Below, piece after piece: positions 13,005-25,380 of a stretch of 64,000 nt of DNA; the first letter of the stretch is position 1, and each line of letters begins with the position of its first letter. The position numbers and the translations under genes were made by a program. The notes beneath the pieces were generated by a model. The model searched no databases. It worked only from the letters and a program-made list of their open reading frames with translations, and was not told where the DNA came from. The stretch is from Octopus sinensis (Eukaryota), in contig NC_042997.1 of the NCBI RefSeq assembly GCF_006345805.1, forward strand, positions 125,674,001-125,738,000. The letters are read 5' to 3'.

Positions 13005-13350
13005 TACCTGTGGCTGTGTGGTAAGAAGCTTGCTTCCCAATCAAATGGTTCCGGGTTCAGTCCCACTGTGTGGCACCTTGGGCTAGCGTCTTCTACTATA
13101 GCTTTGGGCCGACCAAAGCCTTGTGAGTGGATATATATGTGGGTGGTTGTGGATATGTATGTGGGTGGGTGTCCGCTACCCTCACTTGACAATTGATATT
13201 GGTGTGTTTACGTCCCCGTAACTTAGCGGTTCGGCAAAAGGGAGCGATAGAATAAATACTAGGCTTACAAAGAATAAGGTCTGGTTCGATTTATTCGACT
13301 AAAAGGCAGTGCTCCAGCATGGCTGCAGTCAAATGACTGAAACAATTAAG
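13005..13350 (+). mobile_element. SINE family B, near full length
   Basis: Head GTGGCTGTGTGGTAAGAAGCTTGCTTCCC, CORE-like GGCACCTTGGGC, tail GTGCTCCAGCATGGCTGCAGTCAAATGACTGAAAC. Confidence 0.85.
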
Positions 13351-13454
13351 AGAGAGTAAGAGAGTAAACTATTGATTAAGAAGTGATTCTTTGCGGTCAT
13401 TTTTAATGGCATAAGCAAATCCAAAGACACAGTATTCGATGACATAACACTGTT

Positions 13455-13830
13455 ATTGATAGTTGTTGTTGTTGTTGTTGTTGTTGTTCATGTTTTTGTT
13501 GATGTTGCGGTCGTTATTGTTACTATTGCTAATATTTCTTTAATGTTTCTTCGGCGGCGGCGGCGGCGGCGGCGGTGGTGGTGGTGGTGGTCGTCGTCGT
13601 CGTCGTCGTCGTCATGGTCGTGGTCGTGGTCGGGGTGTTTGTACTAGTGTTGTTGCTATTGTTTTTCTTGTTAATGGTGTTGCTTTTGGTGTTGTTGCTG
13701 TGGCGATGGTAGTAGTGGTGGTGGTGGCGGGGGGTATTTTGCTACTGTTTTTGTTTTTTATTTTGTTGTTAACGGTGCTGCTTTTGGTGATACTGTTGTT
13801 GTTATTGTTGTTGTTGTTGGTGGTGGTGGT
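13455..13830. repeat. Compound trinucleotide array (GTT/GGC/GGT/GTC)
   Basis: Seen directly in the sequence. Confidence 0.9.
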
Positions 13831-14344
13831 TTCAAAGCAATTCTTTATGACACAATCTAGTCCAAAAGACAGTCTTAAATGACATGACAACGCCATTAAT
13901 AATAATTTCTAACATCTGACGTCTTTTTAATTATTTTTTTTTAAGAATAAAAAATACAAATGATTAAACATTATAATTAATCACATTAACAGACAAAATC
14001 GTATTTTAAAGAAGAAAAAAAATCAACTTCTTTGACGGAATTTAAAAAAACAAGCTTTCCAACGAAGATGAGACCGCAGCCTGACTTCATTTTCTAGTTG
14101 TAATTGGTAATTCCAGTAGCGCAGCCAGGTGGTGGGAGATCGGTCAGTCCTAGGTGACGCTTACAAGGGGCGGCATTTTTGGGTCCACTGTATAATCCTA
14201 TATATGTTGGGGAGCGTAGAGTGGAAAATTCAAGGGTTACCCTGGCTGCCGCACATTCTAGCTACGCCGTTAGTTTAATCCTTTCACATACACCAGTTAG
14301 GTTTCTGATAAAAGTAATAACAATGAATAATAAATGCGCCCTTT

Positions 14345-14580
14345 TAAAGCCTAGACAGGCTCATGGGCCCGGTTTCCCGATTTTAATGGCGTATGTGTTC
14401 CCCAGCTGGATGGGACACCAGTCCATCGCAGCGTTACTCATTTTTTGCCAGTTGAGTGGACTGGAGCAACGTGAAATGAAGTGTTTTGCTCAAGAACACC
14501 GCGTCCCCCGGTCCAGGAATCGAAATCACAATCTTACGATCATGATGCTGACACCCTAACCACTAAGCCACACGCCTCCA
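14345..14580 (-). mobile_element. SINE-C-type head with V-domain-like tail
   Basis: Reverse complement reads tRNA-like head, GTTCTTGAGCAAAACAC, then TGCGATGGACTGGTGTCCCATCCAG. Confidence 0.7.
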
Positions 14581-14639
14581 TGATAAAGGTAATGGTCGTA
14601 CTTATATTGCTAATATTCTTTCTAGTGTTTTCAGCAGAT

Positions 14640-14990
14640 GTCGAATCAATATGTTGTTGGGTCAGTAGGTAGCACGCCGGGGAAAATGTTTTGTGGCATT
14701 TCGCCTATTTTTACGTTCTGAGTTCAAATTCCACCGAGGTCGACTTTACCTTTCATTCCTCCTGGGTTGATTTAAGCAGAATCGTAGAGCGTTTAGAAAA
14801 TGCTTTGGGATATATCTTCCAGTCATTTACGTTCTGATTTCAAATCCCGCCGGGGTCAGCTTTGCCTTTCGACCCTCTAGGGGTCAATAAAATAAAGCAA
14901 AGTGAAGTACTTGTGTCGATGATATCGATAAACCCCTTCTTTGCAAAATTCCTGGCCGTGAACCAAAAGCAGAAACCATTATTTCAACTA
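14640..14990 (+). mobile_element. Degraded SINE-A copies
   Basis: TACGTTCTGAGTTCAAATTCCACCGAGGTCGACTTT plus a second partial unit. Confidence 0.65.
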
Positions 14991-15389
14991 CAGACGTTAC
15001 GCATCAACATTGGAGTCTGTACATGGTCGTCTGAATTGCTAGAAATAGCTGCAAAATCCCTGTGAAATCATACGTTACAGTTTAAGATAAAAGGAAAACC
15101 AGACATATGAAATAATGTAATCCTAGAATTATAAGATTCATAAAATGAAAAACAGGAATTGTTACAGCAGGAATGTCTTTCATTTTAGGTCTGCACGATC
15201 TGGACAGACCAGGAGGTTAAACAGCAACCACAACCACAACTATAGCTACTACTACTACTACTACCACTACACAATCACTATTTCAACCACTAAGTCAGGT
15301 ATGTCTAATGAAAAGTTTTTGTTGTCTCGTGCAGAAAGACGTCTCATTTTCAGATTGCGTGTGGTTAACTTCAGAAACTGATGTATATA

Positions 15390-16335
15390 CAGTAACTACA
15401 TACATACACACATACATACATACATACATGCATGCATACATACATACATACATACATACATACATACATACATACATACACACACACAATATGCATGCAT
15501 ACATGCCTGCATACATACATACATACATAATACACACATACACATACACACACATACATACATACATGCATGCATACATACATACATACATACATACATA
15601 CATACATACATACATACATACATACACACACACACAATATGCATGCATACATGCCTGCACATAAATATACATACATAAAGCATACATGCAGGTCTACAAG
15701 AACACACACACGCAAGCACACACATACACGCACACGCATACACACACGTAGACAATCATACACACGTTTACACACACACACACACATACACACACATACA
15801 CAAAGACGCAGACACTCACACATACACACTTGCATGTTCCAATCCATCTGGATCAAAGAACGATTGCCCTGGCATGGCTGGAGAAAGAACCATAATTCAA
15901 TAATTAATAAGTTAGAGATTATTAGGATATCTAAGGCAACAAGAATCGGTAAGAAGCTGGTCAGTCCGACACGCTAAGACTCTGATGAGGAAGAAAGTAT
16001 ACATACACACATACATATACACACACACACATACATACATACATACATACATACATACATACATACATACATACATACATACATACATACACACACATAC
16101 ATACACGTTCATAATACATACACACACACACTCACACACATACATAGACATACACACACATACACTCACACACACATACACATACATGCACTCACACATA
16201 CATGCATATATATATACGTACAAACACACTCACATATATACATACATACATACATACACACACAACCACACACATATACATACATACATACATGCAAACA
16301 TACACACACACACTCACAAACACACGCATAATACA
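15390..16335. repeat. (TACA)n/(CA)n compound microsatellites with an internal higher-order duplication
   Basis: CACACACACAATATGCATGCATACATGCCTGCA recurs at ~15480 and ~15625; these tracts generate the YVCM/HTYI junk ORFs. Confidence 0.9.
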
Positions 16336-16357
16336 TACACACATACATACATATCTA

Positions 16358-16830
16358 GGTGAGCCGTGCATGTGTGGTAAGAAGTTAGCTTGCCAACCAC
16401 ATGGTCCTGGGTTCAGCCGCACTGCCTGGCACCTTGAGCAAGTATCTTCCATTATAGACCCGAGCCGATCAAAGCCATGTGAGTGAATATTGTAGAAACC
16501 TGTTGTGTATATATATGCATGTATGTGTGTGTATGTGTGTGTGTGTGTAAACATATATGCGTATGTTTGTGTATGTATGTATATATGTATGTATGTATGT
16601 ATGTGCGTGTGTCTGTGCTTATTTGCCGCCTAGCACCACCTAACAACCCGTGTTGGTTCATTTGCACTCCTGTGGCTTAGCGGTTCAACAACAAGAACCC
16701 GATAGAATAAGTACCAGACTTTAGAAAAAAAAAGTAGTGAGGTTGATTTGATCGATTAAACCCTTCATGGTGGTGCCCCAGCATGGCCGCAGTCTAATAG
16801 CTGAAACAAGCAGAAGATAAAAGATAAAAA
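16358..16830 (+). mobile_element. SINE-B with internal (TA/TG)n
   Basis: Family-B head, internal microsatellite and tail. Confidence 0.75.
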
Positions 16831-16832
16831 GA

Positions 16833-17170
16833 TAGATTTCTTTATTGGCCACGTAGGGCTGAACACAGAAGGGACAAAATACAAAGTAGAGCTTTTCTTT
16901 TTGGGAAGAAGAGAAGGAAATAAAGTGGGTCGAATTCCGATCAAAAGGGATCGTGAAAAGAAAAAAAGTGAGGCCGATCAATAGGGATCAGAGAAAACAG
17001 ATTAGGTTTGTCCGTTGATAGAAAAGCCTACGGAAAAGACCACGAAGATAGAAGTTACATATACACATAGACGACTACCCAGGTGAATTTGCCGAAATTC
17101 AAATGAAGTAGGCTTGTTTCTAGGCAAGAAACCGGTTCTTTTTCCATTGATGGGAAATTCGAAAAACTAA
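16833..17170 (-). mobile_element. LINE-like 3' terminus sharing its tail with SINE-A (clade not determinable)
   Basis: Reverse complement ends TTTGTCCCTTCTGTGTTCAGCCCTACGTGGCCAATAAAGAAAT; a second copy is at 26950-27070. Confidence 0.55.
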
Positions 17171-17199
17171 GCCGGATAAATACACAATCATACATACTC

Positions 17200-17396
17200 G
17201 CATATGCATGCATACGTACATACATACATACATACATACATACATACGTACGTACGTACGTACGTACGTACATACATACATACGTACGTACGTACGTACA
17301 TACATACATACATACATACATACATACATACATACATACATACATACATACATACATACATACATACGTACGTACGTACGTACGTACGTACGTACA
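17200..17396. repeat. (TACA)n/(TACG)n alternating tetranucleotide array
   Basis: Seen directly in the sequence. Confidence 0.95.
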
Positions 17397-18888
17397 TCGA
17401 CGCTTTAACACTGCAATTCAAACTCAGTTCGAATCACACACACACACACATACAACGTATGGGAAAGAATAGAGAAGTGAGGGAGAGAGAGAAGGTGAAA
17501 GAGAGAAAAAAGAGAGGTTTAATGAAAGAAGGAGTATCGAGGACAGAGAAGGAATTGGGAAGAGAGAAGGAGAGAGCTGGGGGGGTGAGAAATTGGAGAT
17601 GGAAGGATGGATAGATGGACAACAAGATATTTTGACAGCCATACAGACGGTTATACAGAAAGATGGACAGATAGAGAGACTTAAGAAGGAAAGCTACAGG
17701 CTCTAACATCAGTTGATACTCTCTCTCTCTCTCTCTCTCGCTATGTTATCTGCCATATTGATTTCGTGTAACCTATTCAAACGCTTGAATGACGCTCGCA
17801 AGGAGACTCACATAAAATCTTCATACGAAAATCTAACCAAAATAAGGGGAGAGAGACAGCGGTTTACTGCTCTGCTGACTTCAACTATTACCATTTTTCA
17901 AACTTTACAATCGATGTTCTGAAGACGAAACAAGTCTTCTGTGTCAGTATCCAAGTTCGGTTATAAAATATTTCCCTGAAAGTCATACATCATACAATGT
18001 GTTCAGTCACCTTTTCGCTAGTTTGTTTGTTCGATTTTTAAAAAAAATACTCTAGGGACAAAACAAAGGTAGTTTCGTATTTTCTTTGGGGGATTTCTTT
18101 TAATTTCTGATTATATTAATTTTTATTTGTTTTTGTTTTATCTTTTTATTTTTTTCTGATTTTGAAGAATCGGTTTTTGCTCCCATTTGTTTATACAATT
18201 TTTGATTAATATATTGGTTTAGAGCCAATTTAGTCTCGTCGAACTTTCACAATCTTTCAATATTGTTCAGTTTTAACTTTAACATATCCCAATTTAAAAC
18301 TTAAATGTGTTACAATGTTAATTTATACGTGTTACGCTGTTAATTTTAACAAATCACAATATTAACTTTAATGTGTTAGGCTGTTAATTTTAACACCTCT
18401 CACTTGCAATATCTTGAGATTTTTGTCAGTAAAAATAAACAAGTAACTGTAAGTCTGTAGTAAGTCTCAACAACGATCATATCAACTTTTATCCTCACAT
18501 ACTGCACCTGAGACCACTCTTACTTCATTTTTAAAATGATAGGATCCTTTTTTTTATTTGAAGACTAATGCACTATAAAATATACTGCAGTAAAATAATT
18601 ATAGTAGTTGTTGTTGCTGCCAAGGCCCAGTTTAGCCTTCATCCAGGAAGCCTATAATCAAAATATTTTCTAACCGTAACTACTACCCTACCTTTTCACC
18701 TGAATGATTATATCTAGGACTAGATATATAATGTATCCTAATCTAATGTATCTGTAAGGTGTGATATTGGCACTGGTTGGGTGTCTCACATTTCATTACA
18801 TAGTTGTAGAAAGGGAAAATAGCAGGAACAAGAATCTCCGAACAAATAACAATAATAATTTATTTTTGCTGAAATAAGCATTTCATCT

Positions 18889-19017
18889 CTAGACATCGGT
18901 AGCCTGGACGCCTGGCGGGTGGAAGCAGCAGAGTCGGTTTAAATCACCATTGTTGGAGGCATTCTTCACAGCTCGCCAGGTCGTATTCGCCTTCACGCGG
19001 AGCTTGTCTGGTTGCGT
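18889..19017 (-). CDS. Candidate terminal coding exon (TQPDKLRVKANTTWRAVKNASNNGDLNRLCCFHPPGVQATDV*)
   Basis: Pyrimidine tract (TTTTCTCTCTTTTGCTCC) and TAG acceptor, 42 open codons ending in a class-I PDZ-like motif (ATDV), and AATAAA ~25 nt downstream; no homolog recognised. Confidence 0.25.
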   Translation of the reverse strand, partial: TQPDKLRVKANTTWRAVKNASNNGDLNRLCCFHPPGVQATDV

Positions 19018-19083
19018 CTAGCTCCGTTACCGACAGGAGCAAAAGAGAGAAAATAGCGGTCTTGCCTTGCTGCTGATGATGAC

Positions 19084-19183
19084 TGCGCATGCGCATAAGG
19101 GACTTCTTGCATGCCTTCTGGAAGACTAATCCTTGCGCAAGCGCAGATGGAAATCCCAAAATGGCGTCTGGAACCTGACATCA
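19084..19183. promoter_or_regulatory. Promoter-like motif cluster in a CpG-rich island
   Basis: TGCGCATGCGCA (19084-19095) and TGCGCAAGCGCA (19134-19145) match the NRF1/Ewg motif; CAAAATGGCGTC (19157-19168) matches YY1; 18 CpGs counted in 18893-19170. Confidence 0.45.
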
Positions 19184-19397
19184 CTACATATCCATTTCAT
19201 TTTAAAAACAGGAGGTTGCTATTTTGGCATTTGGCGGCTATTTCAAGTAGGTCATGTTGTTTCCTTGTGGGATAATTTATTAAGCCTTTGAAGAAAGGCT
19301 AAGGGAGTAAACCCCTACAGAAAATCCAGAGGGAGTGGTTTTAATGCAGATATATACAAGGATGCTGCGAACCTATAGACTTCTCTTTCTTTTGTAG

Positions 19398-19419
19398 CAT
19401 ATCCATGAATAGAGAGGCG
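19398..19419 (+). other. Candidate 22-nt micro-exon containing an ATG (MNREA)
   Basis: Acceptor CTTCTCTTTCTTTTGTAG and consensus donor GCG|GTAAGT. Confidence 0.3.
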
Positions 19420-20007
19420 GTAAGTGTACACGGGGCAAGGCACTCGCATCTGGAAACAGCCCCCAGTCACAGAAGAGGTGGCTAAATTATTGTCTCTGCA
19501 ATGTCGTCAACCAACAACGAAAGAGGCCAACCACGTGATCAAGTATGACCCCCTCCATTTGTTTGACGGAAGAAAAAGAGACTTAATGTACTGTCGAGAC
19601 CAATCGAAATCATCCATTAAATTTAATAGAAGAAAAAGTCTAAAAAAAAGCAATGTGGTAATGGGTCTTTGGAGTCAAGGAAATTTTTAGAAGAAATTCA
19701 GAAATAATTGTCAGGAAAACTGGAACCATAAATCCAAGAAAAATCTAAGCTAACATAAAGAAACCCTCTGTCCACCCAACCACCACCACCTCATCAGCAT
19801 TATGAAATTATGTTTCAGGTTTCATATTCGGAAATTTCCTTTAGAATAATTTGGAGATCCTCGACAGCTGTTTTTGTTTCCTTATTTAATATTCTTAATT
19901 GTTTTTATCACTTGCCTAACTTACAGAACGACTACTTCCGTAAATTAAAACTGACTGGTCAAAATGTTTGACAATATGACCATTCAACGAGGGTTTTATT
20001 ACCCATT

Positions 20008-20017
20008 AGTGGTGGTG

Positions 20018-20093
<76 letters not shown>

Positions 20094-20200
20094 TAGTAGT
20101 AGTAGCAGCAGCAGCAGCAGTGGTGGTGGTAGCCGCAGTAGTAGTAGTAGCAGCAACAGCAGTAGTAGTAGTAGTAGTAGTAGCAGCAGCAGCAGTAGTA
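20008..20200. repeat. (GGT)/(AGT)/(AGC) compound trinucleotide array
   Basis: Seen directly in the sequence. Confidence 0.95.
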
Positions 20201-20339
20201 ATACTAACCTGAAGAAGTTACAAGGTGACCTAGAGTCCAATGATGATCGCGGATGATGGTGTGTGGTGTGTGTGCTGGGAAGTGGTCAGTGCTAGTGTGT
20301 GGAGTGGTATGGGGTGGTGTGGTTTGATATATGCATCTT

Positions 20340-20545
20340 AGTACTTGTTCTTGTCCTCCCCCATCGCTTGACAACAAGTGTCGATTTGTTTACGTCCCCG
20401 TAACTGAGCGGTTCGACCAAAGATACCGATAAAATAACTAGGCTTTAGAAAAATAAGGACTGAAGTCGATTTGTTCGACTAAATCCCCGTCAAAGTGATG
20501 CCCCAGCATGGCCACATCCAAATGACAGAAACGAGTAAAAGCTAT
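20340..20545 (+). mobile_element. SINE-B 3' half
   Basis: CCATCGCTTGACAAC..GTCCCCGTAACT.AGCGGTTCG..CCCCAGCATGGCCAC. Confidence 0.7.
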
Positions 20546-20863
20546 GTGACTCCGTGCGCACGCGAGCGAGCATGTGTGTCTGTGTGTGTGTGTGTGCGCG
20601 TGTGTAAGTGTGTGTGTGTGTCTGTGTGTGTGTGTGCCGTTAGCACTTTTTTTATCCATACATTCAATATATATAGTAAAGATTATTTACCAACATAATG
20701 TGGAGCAGTCCCGGTTGGGACTTATGTTACTGTTATTCATCCCCAGGAAACATCGTCTCCAGCTGGCTATACGACACACTATCTGTGTCCTTATATTTCC
20801 ACACAGGGGAATTCCTGTGCCCATCTTTCCAATTGACATCTACACACCATGTCTATCTGTCTA

Positions 20864-21060
20864 ATCTATTACATAAAATCCGTTCTGTCTGTCTGTGTGT
20901 GTGTCTTCTAGGATCTCGGGCATCCTCCATCCGATTGCGCTCAAATTTGATATGTAGATACCGACAGTATCAGGGCGTGTATAAGTCTTGAAAAAATTAC
21001 AAAAATCGATTCCAGGTGAGAATGCGATCGATAAAGCCGTGGGAACGTGCATTTGTAAAA
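20864..21060 (+). mobile_element. Possible non-autonomous Helitron 5' fragment
   Basis: TCTATTACATAAAATCCGTTCTGTCTGTCTGTG..CCGATTGCGCTCAAATTTG resembles common Helitron-N 5' architecture; no 3' CTRR or hairpin identified. Confidence 0.4.
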
Positions 21061-21699
21061 TCGTTTTTTCTTGGAATAGAAAAAAAAAGTCTATCTTTAT
21101 TTCTTCTTTTGCTGGTGTCTCAAATTTAGGTTAAATCAGTGTTTCTCAAATAGGAGACCTATGGGACGGTTGGACAAGTTGTTTTGAGAAAATTTGGTTT
21201 AAATGTTTGACAACTCAGCACCGTCCATTGGACGGTGGGGGGCGTTTTGCTCGTTACTATGTATACGCCGCATCTCTCTACTCATTCAGCATCTTCATAT
21301 TGTGTTTATTAATCCAATCAACGTCTACAACGCCTACATTATGTCAAAATCTTCCCAGTCAAAATCTACACACCACACTGTCCAATTTATCCAGTCAACA
21401 GCTCACCAAGTCTATTTTCCCGACCAACAGCTACTTGATGTCTCTAACTAGCCAATCAGCATTTATAAACAATGTATCTAGTTGTCTACAATAATGATTG
21501 TCTATCTAGTCGGTATTTAGAAATGAATTAATTGGAAACATTCATTATAATAATCAATAAAAACAAAATAGTTTTAATTTTTCAGACACTATAAATTTTA
21601 TGTAACAGCAACTAAAACAACAGCAATCTAAAAAATATTAACAACAACGGCATCAATAACAAAATATAGTAATCAACTCGTTTTTGTATTGCCGGACTT

Positions 21700-22320
21700 G
21701 AAGTACTGGTTTCAAATTTTGGCACTAGGCCAGCAATTCCGGGGTGAGGAGAGGAGATTAGTCGATTACATTTACCTCAGTGTTCAACTGGTACTTATTT
21801 TATCGACCTCGAAAGGGTAAAAAGCAAAGTCGACGATGCCCGAATTTGAACACAAAATGAAGACGGAGAAATGTTGCTAATCATTTTGCCTGGCGTGCTA
21901 ACGATTCTTATTTCTTTATTGCCCACAAGGGGCTAAACATAGAGGGGACAAACAAGGACAGACAAAGGGTTTAAGTCGATCACATCAACCTCAGTGCTTC
22001 ACTGGTACTTAATTTATCGACCCCGAAAGGATGAAAGGCAGAGTCGACCTCAGTGGAATTTGAACTCAGAACGTAAAGGCAGACGAAATACCCATTTCTT
22101 TACTACCCACAAGGGGCTAAACACAGAGGGGACGAACAAGGACAGACAAACGGATTAAGTCGATTACATCGACCCCAGTGCGTAACTGGTACTTATTTAA
22201 TCGACCCCGAAAGGATGAAAAGCAAAGTCGACCTCGGCGGAATTTGAACTCAGAACGTAACGGTAGACGAAATACCGCTAAGCATTTCACCCGGCGTGCT
22301 AACGATTCTACCAGTTTGTT
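21700..22320 (-). mobile_element. SINE-A dimer (~21905-22320) plus an adjacent older copy
   Basis: Two tails, TTCTTTATTGCCCACAAGGGG and TTCTTTACTACCCACAAGGGG. Confidence 0.9.
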
Positions 22321-22779
22321 GCCCTACAGAAGCTGAAATATTAGTATGAATACGATTACATCCATTATAAAACAACGAATTGGCTTTGCATATCAATTTG
22401 GACATGATTGATGTGCTTGTTACAAGTTACATTTGCTGGATAATGTACTAAAGTAAAAGATGGATTGATTGCAACAATAAAAATTTTATTAATCGCGGTT
22501 TGCAATTTTCTTTTGGATCAAAATGACTGAATCAACTACTCTTTAGTAGATTTAATACAGACTACAATCTGTTAGTGCAGATTTACGCAAGTTATTTCTT
22601 CAGATTTTGTCTTACATTTGCTTCACAGCAAAAACATTGGCACCACACACTTCTTTAGTTAGATATTTAGTGAAAACAATTTTTTGTGCGAATCTCTTTC
22701 CGTATGATCGTAGGCGCCATATTACCAACGTACTTCTCTTATAGTACATATATTAAACTAAGCTTTATTTCTTGCACAC

Positions 22780-22846
<67 letters not shown>

Positions 22847-23574
22847 TTCTTTTTCTCTCTTTCTTTTTCTCTCTTCTGAGCTCTACTTTTATCAGTACAA
22901 TACCGTTCTGAAGCGCTGCCAGTTTCGAAGCAATCTTCATGATTAGTTTAGCACCACTATTTTTTTTCAAGCTGTATTATTTCGGAATTGTAATTTAAAT
23001 TACCATTCAATTCTTCAACTTGATAATCAGTTCAGAATAAAAACTAAATCCGTAAAATTTCGTTAAAATGGCTTCTCCATGCAATGGAATGACAGAAAAC
23101 ACAACAAAAGCCTCAGGAAACAAGATACAAAATACATGACACCAAACCGTAAACTAACACTAATGATGTACAACAAAAAGGCGCTAAAACCTTCTGATTA
23201 ATAATGCTTTTAAATTTTGGAACAAGGCCAGCAATATAAAGGGTAGAGGTAGTCGGGTACATCAATCCCAGTTCCCAATTGGTACTTATTTTATTGAGCC
23301 CATAAGGATGAAATGCAAATCTTCACTTAATATGATTAGAACAAGCGATTTGATATGTAGCTGCTCTGAGGATCTTGATGGCAAACTAAACAATCTAGAC
23401 CAGCGTTTTCCAGCCTGGTATCATATGGTCCCAAAAGGGCCATGGCAAAGTTCCTTAGGACCACAGAAAATTTTGATGGAAGCCACACAACTATCACTCT
23501 CTTTCTTCCTAAATTTTCAAGTACTGTCCATAATTCCTTTAAGATTTACACACACACACACAATATATATATAT

Positions 23575-23780
23575 ATATTCCCCACAGGGGGCTAAACATA
23601 GAGGGGACAAACAAAGACAGCCAAATGGATTAAGTCGATTGCACCGACCCCAGTGCGTAACTGGTACTTATTTAATCGACCCCGAAAGAACGAAAGGCAA
23701 AGTCGAACTCGGCGGAAATTGGACTCAGAACGTAACTGCAGGCGAAATACCGCTAAGCATTTCGCCCGGTGTGCTAATGA
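23575..23780 (-). mobile_element. SINE-A nested in the hAT element
   Basis: Family-A core and tail. Confidence 0.85.
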
Positions 23781-23934
23781 TATATATATATATATCTGTA
23801 TAGCCGGCCGCCAACACTTTTTTCTGCAAAATAGGGGTAGCTTATCCTGTTCGGGCTATATTATAAGCATTATCCTGCGTTTGAGAATTTAAAATCACTT
23901 CTTTCACTTTCTAAGACATCTCTACGCTTCTAAA

Positions 23935-25380
23935 GGAAACTTCGTTTATTTGTTTACGTTCATCATAATTTGAATTACACACACACACACACACACACAC
24001 ACTATACATTTTCTGTATCTTAAGTTCCTTCATGACAGGAAGAAAAAAAAGATTCATTTGACAGTTCGATGATAATTTATCATTGATGAATAAAGTATCG
24101 AGCTGGCATTGGAAAGTCTTGTACGAATTAGATATTATGTTATAGCTTTAAAGTTCATACATCTGGTAACAATCTCTAAGGATAATTGCCTGTGTCGCTT
24201 CGTTTAACTTTGTGACAACATTTTAATGCTTGTGAATGATAAGCAGCTTGGAAAAGAAATCCTAGCTGCAAAATGTGATATATTTTACCTTTCAGATAAA
24301 TGTGAGAAGCCGAACAATTACAAGATAAAAATGCAAATCTTTTATTTTGAAAAGAGGCTACTAGTGCTTTTCTTGGAATACTTAACGTATTCGAGGAAAA
24401 TACTGGCCATAAGGAGATGCCAACCATTGATATTATTAAGGAGGAATTGCAAAGAGATATTTCAATGTACATAGGCCATTTGAAGAAACTGCACAATGAT
24501 TTGAAAATTAGATTGAAAGATCTCCTAGAAGCGAGCATTCCAAGCTGGATGATTAACCCATTCGGGACAACTGCAACTGAGTGGAGGCGCAATGGCTTAG
24601 TGGTTAGTGCAGTGGACTCGCGGTTGTAACAACGCGGTTTCGATTCCCATACCGGGCATTGTGAGTGTTTATTAAACAAAAACACCTAAGCTCCACGAGG
24701 CTCCGGCAGGTGGGGGGTGAATCCCGCTGTACTCTTTCTCTCACTTTTTCTTCCTATTTCTGCCACAAAGCAGAGGAACCATGGTGTAACCCATTATGGT
24801 GTGGTAAACTTTCAGACCCTAGTCTAGATTGCGAATCCTCTGTACACCAGGATGGTTCGACTCTCCACCCGTTAAAAGCCACCGTTTACGGAATGCGGAT
24901 AACAACGTAACTTTCGCGCCCGTGCAACCGCCAGTCTATCGCGTGTGGTGGGTGGATCTTCAAGTTGCCACACGCATTCTTAGTAGCTTAGAGTAGGCTC
25001 GAACTAGAAACTATTCTTTGTGGCCAATGGCGAGAGACCTGATTGGAAGAAGAAGAAGAAGAAGAATGCAGCTGATGTTAGTATCAGACTGCAAGAAAAC
25101 CATATTGACCTGTTGAGTAATCAAACTGCTCAGTCTAAATTTATTCATGAACTCAACAACTTACAGACAAGACGTGAAATTGCTACGAAAGTCCTATTGC
25201 TTTGGCAGGAAGTATAGTTATATTTCCTTACAAGTTGAGTCAGGTTTTAACCGAGTATCATTTCTAGCTCGCAATCGCTTACAAATTGTTAAGTAGAGGT
25301 TATTTTCATTTGTCACTAACAAACATGACCCTGGTATTAAAAAACTTGCGAAACTGTATCAGCCACAATGATCTCACTGA
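23935..25380 (+). pseudogene. hAT (Buster/SCAND3/ZBED8-like) transposase C-terminal relic
   Basis: ..YIGHLKKLHNDLKIRLKDLLEASIPSWMINPF..AADVSIRLQEN..EIATKVLL..VESGFNRV..KKLAKL.QPQ.SH*, read across frameshifts. Confidence 0.75.
24581..25066 (+). mobile_element. SINE-D nested in the hAT transposase
   Basis: Head GTGGAGGCGCAATGGCTTAGTGG, (GAA)n tail, TSD TGCAACTGA (24572-24580) / TGCAGCTGA (25067-25075). Confidence 0.85.

Noticed and set aside
17915-17945. CTGAAGACGAAACAAGTC
   Set aside because: There is no stem II or stem I; it is simply a GAAGAC/GTCTTC hairpin.
24581-24655. tRNA gene-like sequence (also 52262-52335 and ~5080-5150)
   Set aside because: These are SINE heads with A/B boxes that run into SINE bodies; no complete cloverleaf.
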